From positions 27,730-91,729 of the forward strand of contig JAYYUJ010000008.1 of NCBI GenBank assembly GCA_036344075.1: DNA of 64,000 nt. The letters are read 5' to 3'. This DNA comes from Pseudomonadota bacterium (lineage in GTDB: Bacteria > Pseudomonadota > Gammaproteobacteria > Pseudomonadales > UBA7434). The notes under the pieces were generated by a model, which saw nothing but the letters and a program-made list of their open reading frames with translations, was not told the DNA's origin and did no database searches. The position numbers and the translations under genes were made by a program. Positions 22,027 through 31,314 of the stretch are shown one piece after another (the first letter of the stretch is position 1; every line of letters begins with the position of its first letter).

Positions 22027-23151
22027 ATGCAAACAGAGCTATGTAAGAAACTCGGCGTTGAGCTACCCATATTTGCCTTCACCCACTGCCGTGATGTTGT
22101 CGTTGCAGTGTCCAAGGCCGGCGGCATTGGCGTTTTAGGTGCTGTCGGGTTCTCGCCTAAACAATTAAAAGAAGAACTCGACTGGATCGATGCCCATATT
22201 GGCGACCATATCTACGGTGTCGATACCGCGATCCCGCAAAAATATGAAGGTCAGGGTGAAACCGATCCTGATAAATTAGTCGAAATGCTGCAAGCGGCAA
22301 TCCCTGAGCAGCATCGTGAATTCGCTGAGGGCCTACTGAAAGACCATAATGTGCCAGCTTGGCCGGAGAACGATGATGAAGTCACCTTGAGTTTCTCTGA
22401 AGCACAGGCTCAATTACTGGTTGATGAAGCGCTAACAAGAGACAAATGCCGAATGATCGTTAATGCCCTAGGCACGCCACCGGCAAATATTGTCGATCAA
22501 GTTCATCAATCCGGTCGTTTAATAGGCGCACTTGCTGGTCGACTAAAACACGGAATTAATCATAAGAATGCCGGCCTTGATTTTATTGTTTGTCAGGGCT
22601 CTGAAGGTGGCGGTCACGCCGGTGAAGTAACTTCAATGGTGCTTTGGCCACAAATGGTCGACGCGGTTGCACCCTTGCCGGTGCTAGCGGCAGGCGGGAT
22701 AGCCAATGGCCGTCAAATGTTGGCAGCCATGAGCATGGGTGTTGAAGGCGTCTGGATGGGGTCTATGTGGCTCAATGCATCTGAGGCGGCCGCAGAACCG
22801 GCACAACGCGAGTCCTACATGAATGCCAGCTCTGAAGACACAATTCGGTCGCGCTCCTTCACGGGTAAAACCGCCAGAATGCTGAAAAATGAATGGACCG
22901 AAGCTTGGGATAGGCCCGATACCCCAGACCCATTGCCCATGCCGCTACAAGGGTATTTAACCTTTGACGCTACGCGCCGCACCCATCGCTATGCCGGCAG
23001 TGGCGAAACCCAAAAGGTGGCCTTCAACCCTGTTGGACAAGTGGTAGGACAAATCAATCAAATTGAATCCTGTCGCGATATCATGATGCGATTAATCACT
23101 GAATACAGTGAGGCACTCGACCATCTAGCGGCCATTAACCCGACTGACTAA
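22027..23151 (+). CDS. Nitronate monooxygenase (NMO / 2-nitropropane dioxygenase) family FMN oxidoreductase
   Basis: The 374-aa product has the TIM-barrel FMN pattern PIFAFTH..., GSEGGGH and AAGGIANG. Confidence 0.7.
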   Translation: MQTELCKKLGVELPIFAFTHCRDVVVAVSKAGGIGVLGAVGFSPKQLKEELDWIDAHIGDHIYGVDTAIPQKYEGQGETDPDKLVEMLQAAIPEQHREFAEGLLKDHNVPAWPENDDEVTLSFSEAQAQLLVDEALTRDKCRMIVNALGTPPANIVDQVHQSGRLIGALAGRLKHGINHKNAGLDFIVCQGSEGGGHAGEVTSMVLWPQMVDAVAPLPVLAAGGIANGRQMLAAMSMGVEGVWMGSMWLNASEAAAEPAQRESYMNASSEDTIRSRSFTGKTARMLKNEWTEAWDRPDTPDPLPMPLQGYLTFDATRRTHRYAGSGETQKVAFNPVGQVVGQINQIESCRDIMMRLITEYSEALDHLAAINPTD

Positions 23152-23290
23152 ACGGCAACGCTAATCGGCAAAAAGACACTTGCGTGTTGATTGATAAATG
23201 GTATTTTAGTGCTGAGAGGCGCCTTTAGTTTTCGCTAAAGGCCAGCTCGACGAACTATTATAACCATTTAATGCAACACAAAGGGTCGCT

Positions 23291-24624
23291 ATGTCTGCTC
23301 AATCATCCACTCATTACCCCGTTTGGACTCACCGTTGGACCTATATTTTAGCCACCACTGGCGCCGCAGTTGGGCTGGGTAATATTTGGAAATTTCCTTA
23401 TATTGCTGGCGAAAATGGCGGCGGCGCCTTTGTTCTCATGTATCTGATCTGCATTATGATGTTTGGCGTGCCAATTATGATGGCTGAGGTACTGCTTGGT
23501 CGAAAAGGTCGCGCCAACCCAGTGCACGCCATGCTGTCGCAGGCACGTGCCGCCGGCGCCAGTAAGCTGTGGGCATTTATTGGTCTGATGGGCGTGGCCG
23601 CCGGGATCATGATTCTCATGTATTACAGCGTGGTGGCTGGCTGGTCGCTAGAATATGTGTTTCAAAGTGCCAGTTCAGCCTATATCGGTCAAGACGCCCA
23701 AATTATCGCTGACAGATTCGGCTATTTAGCCCAAGATAGCGACCGGCAACTGCTATGGCATAGCGTCTTTATTCTTGCCACGGCAACAATTGTTGGACTT
23801 GGGGTTACACGTGGCATTGGCAATGCCGTGAATATTTTAATGCCCATTTTATTTGCTTTGCTTTTGCTCTTGCTATGGTACGCCTTCAAAAACGGCGAGT
23901 TTCAGAAGGGCTTAAATTTTATGTTTGCCGCTGATTTTAGCAAACTGACCAGTCAATCGGTGTTAACCGCCATGGGCCATGCTTTTTTTACCCTTAGCTT
24001 AGGCATGGGAACCGTCATGGTGTACGGCTCTTATATGTCAAACGATCAATCAATTTCAAACGCAGTGATCGTTGTTGCCGGGCTAGATACGTTGATCGCC
24101 TTAATTGCCGGCATGGCTATTTTTCCACTAGTGTTTGCCAGTGGTCTGGCGCCAGGCTCTGGGCCAGGCTTATTATTTGAAACGCTGCCTATTGCCTTTT
24201 CAGGCATGTGGGGCGGTACCTTCTTTGGAACAGGATTTTTTGTTTTAGTTGCAATTGCAGCGTTAAGCTCATCGATCTCACTCATCGAGCCCGGTATCGC
24301 ATGGCTAGAAAAGCTCGGCAGTTCGCGCTTGTTGGCACTGTCGGTCTAAGCATATTATGCTGGCTAGGCGGTGTGGCAAGTATTTACTCGAGCGAGGTCT
24401 TTAATCGCTTGGACTATTTAACTGCCAATATTATGTTACCGCTAGGCGGGCTTTTAATTGCGCTGTTTGTGGGTTGGAAGGTCGGCTATACCCGGGTGCG
24501 TAAAGAGATCGATGGCTTATCGACTGGCTTATTTAACCTATGGTTTATTAGCTTGCGTTTTATCGCTCCGGCCGGCGTTTTAGTCATCTTCTATCAAGGT
24601 ATTAAAGCCAGTCTAGGTAGCTAA
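23291..24624 (+). pseudogene. Na+-dependent transporter, SNF/NSS family, interrupted by a frameshift
   Basis: The NSS signature GLGNIWKFPYIAGENGGGAF is at the N-terminus. The reading frame ends at 24349, while the C-terminal TM segments continue in another frame (ORF 24208-24624). The frames switch near GAAAAGCT at about 24308-24320. Confidence 0.7.
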
Positions 24625-25514
24625 GTTGTCTCTGGGTGCGTAACACGGCAACAATCAAGCCACGATTGAAGTCCCCGTGAAGGAAACTTTTTATTGTGCG
24701 TGACAAAGTAGAATTGCCTGCTCATATCGCGATGTTTCAGCTTTAGTGGCACCAAGCTGCCTCTTTTAAAGGCATCGGCTAGCGGAATAACGGACAAACA
24801 GCCGAGCCCTAGGCCCGCTTCAACAGCCCGTTTAATGGCCTCGGTATGCTCAAACTCCAAGTGCACATCCAGTTCATTGATTAGGCCGTGCATCGCGCGA
24901 TCAAAGGTTTGCCGTGTGCCTGAACCATGCTCACGCAGAATCCATTGGGCATTAGTTAAGTCATCATCGGTTAAAATTTTTTTATTCGCATAAGGGTGTT
25001 CTGGCGAACAAAAAATCATTAACTCATCATAACACCATGGATGCACATGAAGATCTGGGTGTGAATACTCGCCCTCTATTAAACCGACGTCCAGCTCAAA
25101 ATCCAGCACTTGCTTGGCAATATGTGCGGTATTAGCAACATGTAAGCGAACACTCACTTCAGGATAATCCCTTTTAAAACTGGCAATAATCGGTATTGCG
25201 ATGTAATTGCCGATGGTCAGCGTTGCACCAACTCGTAATCGCCCCGCGGGCATTTGCTGCTGCAAAACAACCTCGACATCCTCTGCGCCCGAGATTAAGG
25301 CCTCAGCTAAGGGGCGAAGCGATTGACCCAGCATATTGAGCCGCAATCGTTTTCCCACTCGATCAAATAGTTGCGCATCATAGCGCTCCTCTAAATCGCG
25401 GAGTGCGCCACTAGCGGCAGACTGAGACATGGATAAACTCTCAGCCGCTCGGCTTATATTTTGATAATGCGCAGTGGCAAGAAATACTTGAAGTTGACGT
25501 AGGGTAAATTTCAC
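24621..25514 (-). CDS. LysR-family transcriptional regulator (FinR-like by position, divergent from fpr)
   Basis: It has an N-terminal wHTH (LRQLQVFLATAHYQNISRAAESLSMSQSAAS) and a LysR substrate-binding domain. The divergent arrangement with fpr matches the Pseudomonas finR-fpr layout. Confidence 0.85.
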   Translation of the reverse strand: MKFTLRQLQVFLATAHYQNISRAAESLSMSQSAASGALRDLEERYDAQLFDRVGKRLRLNMLGQSLRPLAEALISGAEDVEVVLQQQMPAGRLRVGATLTIGNYIAIPIIASFKRDYPEVSVRLHVANTAHIAKQVLDFELDVGLIEGEYSHPDLHVHPWCYDELMIFCSPEHPYANKKILTDDDLTNAQWILREHGSGTRQTFDRAMHGLINELDVHLEFEHTEAIKRAVEAGLGLGCLSVIPLADAFKRGSLVPLKLKHRDMSRQFYFVTHNKKFPSRGLQSWLDCCRVTHPETT

Positions 25515-25594
25515 TTTCTGATGCCTCTAGGTTAAGCCAGATGAATGACAGCACCGTATATTTACTGAAATTCACATTGTTTTACTAAATGATA

Positions 25595-25630
25595 ATAGAT
25601 ATTATTTGATAAATAGTATCAGATATCTAT
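25595..25630. promoter_or_regulatory. Nested dyad symmetries in the LysR/fpr divergent intergenic region (candidate operator)
   Basis: An outer inverted repeat ATAGATAT (25595-25602) / ATATCTAT (25623-25630) encloses the perfect dyad TGATA-aatag-TATCA (25607-25621). Confidence 0.3.
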
Positions 25631-25753
25631 GGTGTAGCTATTATATCGGAAAAACAAATATATTATATCTTTATATCCCGCTATACCTGTTGAAAATTGC
25701 CATATATATTGGACCTCCTAGCTTGAGACGATAATTTTGTTTGAGGAAAACGA

Positions 25754-26527
25754 ATGACTAAGTTAATGACCGAAACCGTGACCGACGTCCATCATTGGAA
25801 CAACAGTTTATTTAGTTTTAAAACTACCCGAGATGCTGGCTTTCGCTTTAAAAATGGTCACTTCGTAATGGTTGGCCTTGAACATGAAGGAAAACCCCTA
25901 TTACGAGCTTACAGCATCGCAAGTGCGAATTACGAAGATGAACTAGAATTTCTTAGCATTAAAGTGCCAAATGGTCCACTGACATCGAAGTTACAGCATT
26001 TAAAAGTTGGTGATGAAGTATTAATCGGTAAAAAACCTCTGGGCACTCTGGTCACCGATGAAATGCTACCTGGAAAAAACTTATATCTACTAGGGACTGG
26101 TACTGGCTTAGCCCCTTTTATGAGTATTATCAAAGACTTTGAGGTTTATGAGCAATTCGATAAAATCATTCTCGCTCACGGGGTCAGAGAGGTATCTGAA
26201 TTGGCGTACAGCGATTACATTGAGAATGAACTGCCCCAGCACGAATATTTTGGTGAAATGGTACGTGAAAAACTGCTTTACTACCCTACTGTTACTCGAG
26301 AACCTTATAAAAATAATGGTCGTTTAACCGACCTTATGACTAGCGGTAAATTATTTCTTGACCTTGGTCTGCCAAAGCCAAGTGTAGAGGATGATCGATT
26401 TATGCTCTGTGGCAGTCCCAGTATGCTCAAAGACATGTGCGCCATCTTGGATGAGCGAGGATTTAATGAGGTGCGCAGCGGCAACCAAGGCCACTATGTG
26501 ATTGAGCGAGCCTTTGTCGAAGGTTAA
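25754..26527 (+). CDS. fpr: Ferredoxin--NADP+ reductase
   Basis: The 257-aa product has FAD-binding RAYSIAS and NADP-binding LLGTGTGLAPF, with a bacterial Fpr-type C-terminus. Confidence 0.92.
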   Translation: MTKLMTETVTDVHHWNNSLFSFKTTRDAGFRFKNGHFVMVGLEHEGKPLLRAYSIASANYEDELEFLSIKVPNGPLTSKLQHLKVGDEVLIGKKPLGTLVTDEMLPGKNLYLLGTGTGLAPFMSIIKDFEVYEQFDKIILAHGVREVSELAYSDYIENELPQHEYFGEMVREKLLYYPTVTREPYKNNGRLTDLMTSGKLFLDLGLPKPSVEDDRFMLCGSPSMLKDMCAILDERGFNEVRSGNQGHYVIERAFVEG

Positions 26528-26538
26528 TCGTCTCTCGA

Positions 26539-26563
26539 TTGGCGATAATTAACTTATCGCCAA
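26539..26563 (+). terminator. Hairpin downstream of fpr (possible terminator)
   Basis: There is a perfect 10-bp stem TTGGCGATAA / TTATCGCCAA with a 5-nt loop, followed by only a weak T tract (CTTTAAC). Confidence 0.45.
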
Positions 26564-26660
26564 CTTTAACCTCAACTTATTACGGTATTCTTATTACTAG
26601 CTTTGAAGCTGGTTAGTCAGCTTTCGTTTTCTAGACTTTTATAATAAGGATAATTCACTT

Positions 26661-27104
26661 ATGGCTTACACCCTCGAACAAGTCTCTGCCAAACTTGAAA
26701 TCCACGATTTACTATATCGTTACGCAGAGTTGATTGATGCCAAGGCATTTGATCAACTAAACGAAGTATTTACCGACGATGCCTTTATTGACTACACAGC
26801 ATTAGGTGGTGAGAAGGGCAATCTACCGGAAACGATTGATTTCTTACAAAGGTCATTGACTGATGCCTTTCCTAGTCATCAACATCTCAATGCTAACTGC
26901 CAAATCACCTTGGCCACTGAGCATGATATTAGCCAAGCAACAGGCCGTATTATGTGTTTCAATCCAATGGAAATGGCCGCTAAAAAAGGGCAGGGTAAAT
27001 TAATGATGTGTGGTCTGTGGTACCTAGATGACTACGTAAAAGTCGACGGCACCTGGAAAATACAACGCAGAGTTGAAGAAAAAAGTTGGGTCAAAGTGAT
27101 TTAG
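26661..27104 (+). CDS. SnoaL-like / NTF2-fold protein
   Basis: The 147-aa product has the N-terminal pattern EIHDLLYRYAELIDAKAFDQLNEVFTDDA, typical of SnoaL_4 domains. Confidence 0.55.
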   Translation: MAYTLEQVSAKLEIHDLLYRYAELIDAKAFDQLNEVFTDDAFIDYTALGGEKGNLPETIDFLQRSLTDAFPSHQHLNANCQITLATEHDISQATGRIMCFNPMEMAAKKGQGKLMMCGLWYLDDYVKVDGTWKIQRRVEEKSWVKVI

Positions 27105-27128
27105 CCTTCGCCGCTATTGATAGGTAGC

Positions 27129-28100
27129 TTAGGCCAGCGGTAAGCCCAGCACCGCCTCAAATTCCTGCGGTTGTCGATAACGCTTAATCGTATCGAATAA
27201 GGGTTTGGCTTCAGGGTAATGCATCTGCAAATAAAATAACCACTGCTTCACCCGATTACCTAAAAATCGACTCGGATAAGCCGCCTTAGTCTGATAGTAA
27301 AATTGATTTAGCAACTGCATGACAGCCGACCAAGATAAGGCTTGATACTTTCGCCCCGCCGCCGCCGCTTTTATTTGTAAGGCCAAATCGGGGCAAGCAA
27401 TTAAACCACGACCTAACATCACATCCTCACAACCGGTTTGTTCCCGACAGTTTCGCCAATCATCAACTGACCATACTTCGCCATTAGCAATGACCGGTAG
27501 CGAAACCGCTTCAACAATCTTTTGAATATAAGACCAATAAGCCGGTGGGCTGTAGCCATCAGCACGAGAACGGGCATGGACGCAAAGTTCTGTTGCACCA
27601 GCTTCGGCGATAGCTAAAGCGTTTTCCATATAGAGACTGCGGTCTTCAAAGCCCAAACGAATTTTTGCCGTAACAGGCCGCTCACTCGGCACTGCGAATC
27701 GCACTTGTCGAACAATCTCACCCACCAATTGCGGCTCTTTTAACAACACCGCACCGCCGCGACTTTTATTCACTGTTTTGGCGGGGCAACCAAAATTTAA
27801 ATCAATCGCCGATGCGCCAAGGTTAATAGCAGTGACTGCGCTAGCGGCGATGGTTTCCGGATTACTACCTAACAATTGCACGCGTAAGGGCGTGCCATTA
27901 GGAGTGGCACTTAATCGCTGTTGATGGAATGAAGCTTGCTGCAGTTCAGGGCAATCACGCAGAAACACTTTTTTACTGACCGCCACGTCATTGACGCGAA
28001 TAAACTCACTGACACAAATATCAACGCCGCCTATTGCGCTGTAGAGGGTGCGAAAGTGGTGATCAATAACGCCTTCCATTGGAGCCAAAAAAATGCGCAT
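27129..28100 (-). CDS. dusC: tRNA-dihydrouridine synthase C
   Basis: The N-terminus MRIFLAPMEGV and the FMN/TIM-barrel blocks (DLNFGCP, catalytic Cys) are present. The size (323 aa) and N-terminus are closest to DusC. Confidence 0.85.
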   Translation of the reverse strand: MRIFLAPMEGVIDHHFRTLYSAIGGVDICVSEFIRVNDVAVSKKVFLRDCPELQQASFHQQRLSATPNGTPLRVQLLGSNPETIAASAVTAINLGASAIDLNFGCPAKTVNKSRGGAVLLKEPQLVGEIVRQVRFAVPSERPVTAKIRLGFEDRSLYMENALAIAEAGATELCVHARSRADGYSPPAYWSYIQKIVEAVSLPVIANGEVWSVDDWRNCREQTGCEDVMLGRGLIACPDLALQIKAAAAGRKYQALSWSAVMQLLNQFYYQTKAAYPSRFLGNRVKQWLFYLQMHYPEAKPLFDTIKRYRQPQEFEAVLGLPLA

Positions 28101-28124
28101 AGAATCAAAATCGCCTGTTGAGTG

Positions 28125-29003
28125 TTAAGGCCCGCTCATAATTAAAATCCCAGCCGCCGGCAGGGCGGCCGAGCGATCAATCACACTATTAGGAACTGTC
28201 AACGCACCAATTGCTACACCACATTCATCGGCCACTAAACCATTATTTAACAGTACCTTCACCGGTGGTGAGTCAATGTATTTTTGTTGTTCACTGTTGC
28301 CGGCGACCGTATCAGAAAATAATTGCATCTCAATCAAATATGCCCCTACGGTGGGTGAACCGGTGTGACCAATGCCGGGAACGGTACAGTCGCCCATGAC
28401 GCCTTCAGAATTTTTTCCTTCAAGACAAAAATCAAGATGGGCATGAATAGCATCACCTGAGGTCACGCCCGCCGCCTGTTCTATAGGGGCCTCTAATGGG
28501 CCTTCAACCCCTGCACCTGACCAAATTGTACCCTCTGCATAAAAAGCATTCTCTTCAGCCGTGCCATTAATCACAACATCGGGTGGTATTGCACCAAAAT
28601 AACGAACCCGCTCGCCGTTAGGTGAATCATCTAGCCAACGTTGCTCATCTTTATCCCAAAAACGTAGCGAGCCAAGTGCGCGAAACCACAGCACCTCACC
28701 ACCGAGGAAATCCCCTGCCTTAACCACCCAACCAGGATCATCGGTTTTATGCGGACCGCCAGCAAAATCACCAAAATCGGCCGGCACAACCGTTCTACCA
28801 GTGCTCGCTTCGGATGGAAACTGACCGCTCTCATCAATCAGTAGTGAGCCGCCGTCTGTTCCAGCGGGATCAACATCGATGATAACATCAAAATGGCCGA
28901 AAGCATTACAGGTCGTAATCCCTTGTGCATAACTCTTTAGCACCGCCGTTGATAAAAACAGGCAGCTCACAAGTGTTAAATTGATGCCGTATTTATTAAT
29001 CAT
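28125..29003 (-). CDS. Secreted protein, paralogue 1 of an unrecognised family (H-x-H-L-D-F motif); last gene of the TBDR operon
   Basis: A signal peptide (MINKYGINLTLVSCLFLSTAVLKSYA/QG) follows the ATG at 29003, one nt after the receptor stop (TAAtATG). It shares ordered motifs with the products of 32928-33704 and 33834-34526 (ADFGDF, KTDDPGW, ALGSLRFWD..W, IHAHLDF, GAYLIEM, NNG). The ORF-track start at 29024 is probably an over-extension. Confidence 0.8.
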   Translation of the reverse strand: MINKYGINLTLVSCLFLSTAVLKSYAQGITTCNAFGHFDVIIDVDPAGTDGGSLLIDESGQFPSEASTGRTVVPADFGDFAGGPHKTDDPGWVVKAGDFLGGEVLWFRALGSLRFWDKDEQRWLDDSPNGERVRYFGAIPPDVVINGTAEENAFYAEGTIWSGAGVEGPLEAPIEQAAGVTSGDAIHAHLDFCLEGKNSEGVMGDCTVPGIGHTGSPTVGAYLIEMQLFSDTVAGNSEQQKYIDSPPVKVLLNNGLVADECGVAIGALTVPNSVIDRSAALPAAGILIMSGP

Positions 29004-29004
29004 A

Positions 29005-31314
29005 TTAAAATTGATACCGAACACCGAACACTATTTCTCTGCCAGGCTCTGGGGTAAAGTTTCTTAAAAAAGACGTTGATTTTCGAATATCTTCATCCAA
29101 TAAATTTTTCATCTGTAAAAAAACAATCATTTCTTGATGAAAGGGACCGTCAAAATGAAGAATGTAAGACGCATAGGCATTGAGTAGCTTATAGGCATCT
29201 GTTGGTACTTCATTATCGCCAATATTTTTCTGTGCAGCGACAAAATTGTAACGCAACTCCGAATAGAAGAGGCCGTTCCCCCACTGAAAGCCAAGCCCTC
29301 TGCGGGCCGGCGGCATCCTCGGTAAGTCCTCGCTGCCGGTCAGCCTTCCTCGAACATGATCAGCAAATAACTCTATTTGAAATTCACCACCTCGAACGTC
29401 GATAGGCGGTAATGTCCACTGCCATTCATAACCGGTCAGCGTTGCATCATGCTGCTGATAATCAAAGACAGCAATGCATTCTTCTAATCGAACACAGGCA
29501 TTACGGAAAACGTTATCAGAGGTATCAAACAATCCATTGATCGCTCTTTTTTTTTGATAAATAAAATCATCTGCTTCGGTATAAAAGATGGCGCTGCTCA
29601 TATCACCAAAAGCACCTTGCCACTCCCAGCGCAAATCAATGCCCTGAAACTTTTCAGCCTCAGGTGGAGAATCATTCAATTGACTATCAAACAGCAATAA
29701 GCCGATATCATATGAACGTGTCGCCAAGTGTGGGCCTAGTGAGAGTAATTCTTGTATTTCAGGCACTCGCTGTGCCGAATTTAATCCAAATACTAAACGC
29801 TGTTGATCGGATACATCCACGCTTAACGCTGAGGAAAAAGTATAGCTTTGATAGCTAATCGGCTCATGCATAAACTGGGTATTGTAGGGCAATAATCCAG
29901 CAGTTAACTGTCGCTGTAATATCTCTTGCCACTCATAGCGACAACCTAACTCAAACAGGCCTATGGCTAATGGAAATTGATCATAGAAGAAAACACCGAT
30001 CGAGCGCTGATCCGCTGCTGGAATAAAATCCTCACCGCCACCTAGTGAGCGCATATTCTCTGCAGAAAACGCGCGATCTACCCACTGTAGCCCCATCTTG
30101 CCGCTATGCTGTGTGTTAAAACGATGCAGTAAGTGATGATTGATTTCAGCTTTAACTTCAAACACATCATTGATAAACCGAGTGCCGTTTATAAATTTTT
30201 TTGTTACTGGGTCTTGCTCAAACTCAAGGTGCTGATATTTAATGTTTCCTATCGTTAAGCGTACGTCTTTTAAGCTAGGATTACTAATCTTATAACCGAA
30301 CTTAAATAGATGACGCTCCTGCTCCAAATCGATACGAACTCTCGACTGAATCACAATATTTTCGCCAACGGGGTGGCTATGACTGTGCCCCGGCGAATCC
30401 GCTGGCTCGGTATGCGCACCTGGCGGGATGCCATACTCACTGTTAATCATCGTGCTTGAACCGCCAATAAAAAAATCATCATCGACATAACTTAACGCCA
30501 ATGAACCGCTATCGGTATCTGAATCCGTATTTAATACCGTGCCAAAAGTATTATCCGAATTGCTGATAGCAAATACTTGCTCGATAGCCTGCTCTTCAAT
30601 GGCTAGCGCAGGAATGCTCATATCTTCAGCGCTTCTCGTAAAGCCATCAACCTGAAAAACCCACTTTCCCATTTCGGTTTTAAGCTTAGAAATGGCAGTT
30701 TCACGATGATGGTCGTTGTTTAATTCTTTTCTAAGCTCGAAGACTGAAGACAAAGATTGATTATCTAAGGCTTCAGCAATTCGCCCATTAAGCACCTCAA
30801 CCGTGCCACCCACCGCATTATTCCCATGCAAAACCGTCGCAGGACCTTTGAGTACCTGAATACTTTTAGCCAAGGCCGGCTCTATCGCCGTCGCATGATC
30901 AGGACTAATAGAGGAAGCATCCCAAGCTCCGACACCATCTTCACTAAGACGCACACGTACACCAGAGAGACCGCGCAATACAGGCAGACCAACGCCTGGG
31001 CCATAAGAAGCATTGTGCACCCCCAGTTCATTGGCCAACGTATCACCTAAAGTACCGCCTTGTTTACTGAGCAGTTCATCATCCGACAGCTCAATCGTAC
31101 TCAAACCTAAAGCCGTTTTTTGCTCTTGCTTTTGAGCATTAATCGTCACTTCTTCCATCGCGTTTTCAGCGGTCGTCATTGAAGAAAAAAAAGCGGCAAT
31201 GCAAATAGCAATGGATACACCATGGCTTAATCGCGGCGGTAGAAATGAAAGTGAGAAGATCTGCTCTAGTTGGATATTCGGCATAAGCATTGGACTCAAA
31301 ATAGTGCTCGACAA
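29005..31314 (-). CDS. TonB-dependent outer-membrane receptor with His-rich loop (ZnuD-like by context)
   Basis: A signal peptide is followed by a plug region (EEVTINA..., LRGLSG, VLKGPATVLHGNNAVGG) and a C-terminal beta-barrel ending in the terminal Phe (GVRYQF). There is an internal HTEPADSPGHSHSHP segment. The start may be one of the internal Met codons (31290 or 31284), which would remove the overlap with the upstream gene. Confidence 0.9.
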   Translation of the reverse strand: MSSTILSPMLMPNIQLEQIFSLSFLPPRLSHGVSIAICIAAFFSSMTTAENAMEEVTINAQKQEQKTALGLSTIELSDDELLSKQGGTLGDTLANELGVHNASYGPGVGLPVLRGLSGVRVRLSEDGVGAWDASSISPDHATAIEPALAKSIQVLKGPATVLHGNNAVGGTVEVLNGRIAEALDNQSLSSVFELRKELNNDHHRETAISKLKTEMGKWVFQVDGFTRSAEDMSIPALAIEEQAIEQVFAISNSDNTFGTVLNTDSDTDSGSLALSYVDDDFFIGGSSTMINSEYGIPPGAHTEPADSPGHSHSHPVGENIVIQSRVRIDLEQERHLFKFGYKISNPSLKDVRLTIGNIKYQHLEFEQDPVTKKFINGTRFINDVFEVKAEINHHLLHRFNTQHSGKMGLQWVDRAFSAENMRSLGGGEDFIPAADQRSIGVFFYDQFPLAIGLFELGCRYEWQEILQRQLTAGLLPYNTQFMHEPISYQSYTFSSALSVDVSDQQRLVFGLNSAQRVPEIQELLSLGPHLATRSYDIGLLLFDSQLNDSPPEAEKFQGIDLRWEWQGAFGDMSSAIFYTEADDFIYQKKRAINGLFDTSDNVFRNACVRLEECIAVFDYQQHDATLTGYEWQWTLPPIDVRGGEFQIELFADHVRGRLTGSEDLPRMPPARRGLGFQWGNGLFYSELRYNFVAAQKNIGDNEVPTDAYKLLNAYASYILHFDGPFHQEMIVFLQMKNLLDEDIRKSTSFLRNFTPEPGREIVFGVRYQF

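Noticed and set aside
23221-23241. An 8-bp hairpin GCCTTTAG-ttttcg-CTAAAGGC lies between the NMO gene and the NSS transporter.
   Set aside because: It has a short stem and no following T tract, which is not enough to call a terminator or a riboswitch element.
4529-27104. Three SnoaL/NTF2-like proteins (4529-5071, 10390-10947, 26661-27104) might be a linked system.
   Set aside because: They are dispersed among unrelated housekeeping genes, are not obviously paralogous at the sequence level, and share no partner genes.
29004-31314. Neighbouring operon genes show 19-20-nt overlaps (31296-31314 and 29005-29024) that might suggest programmed overlap or coupling.
   Set aside because: These are probably artefacts of longest-ORF calling. 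Internal Met codons (31290/31284 and 29003) remove the overlaps and give better signal peptides.
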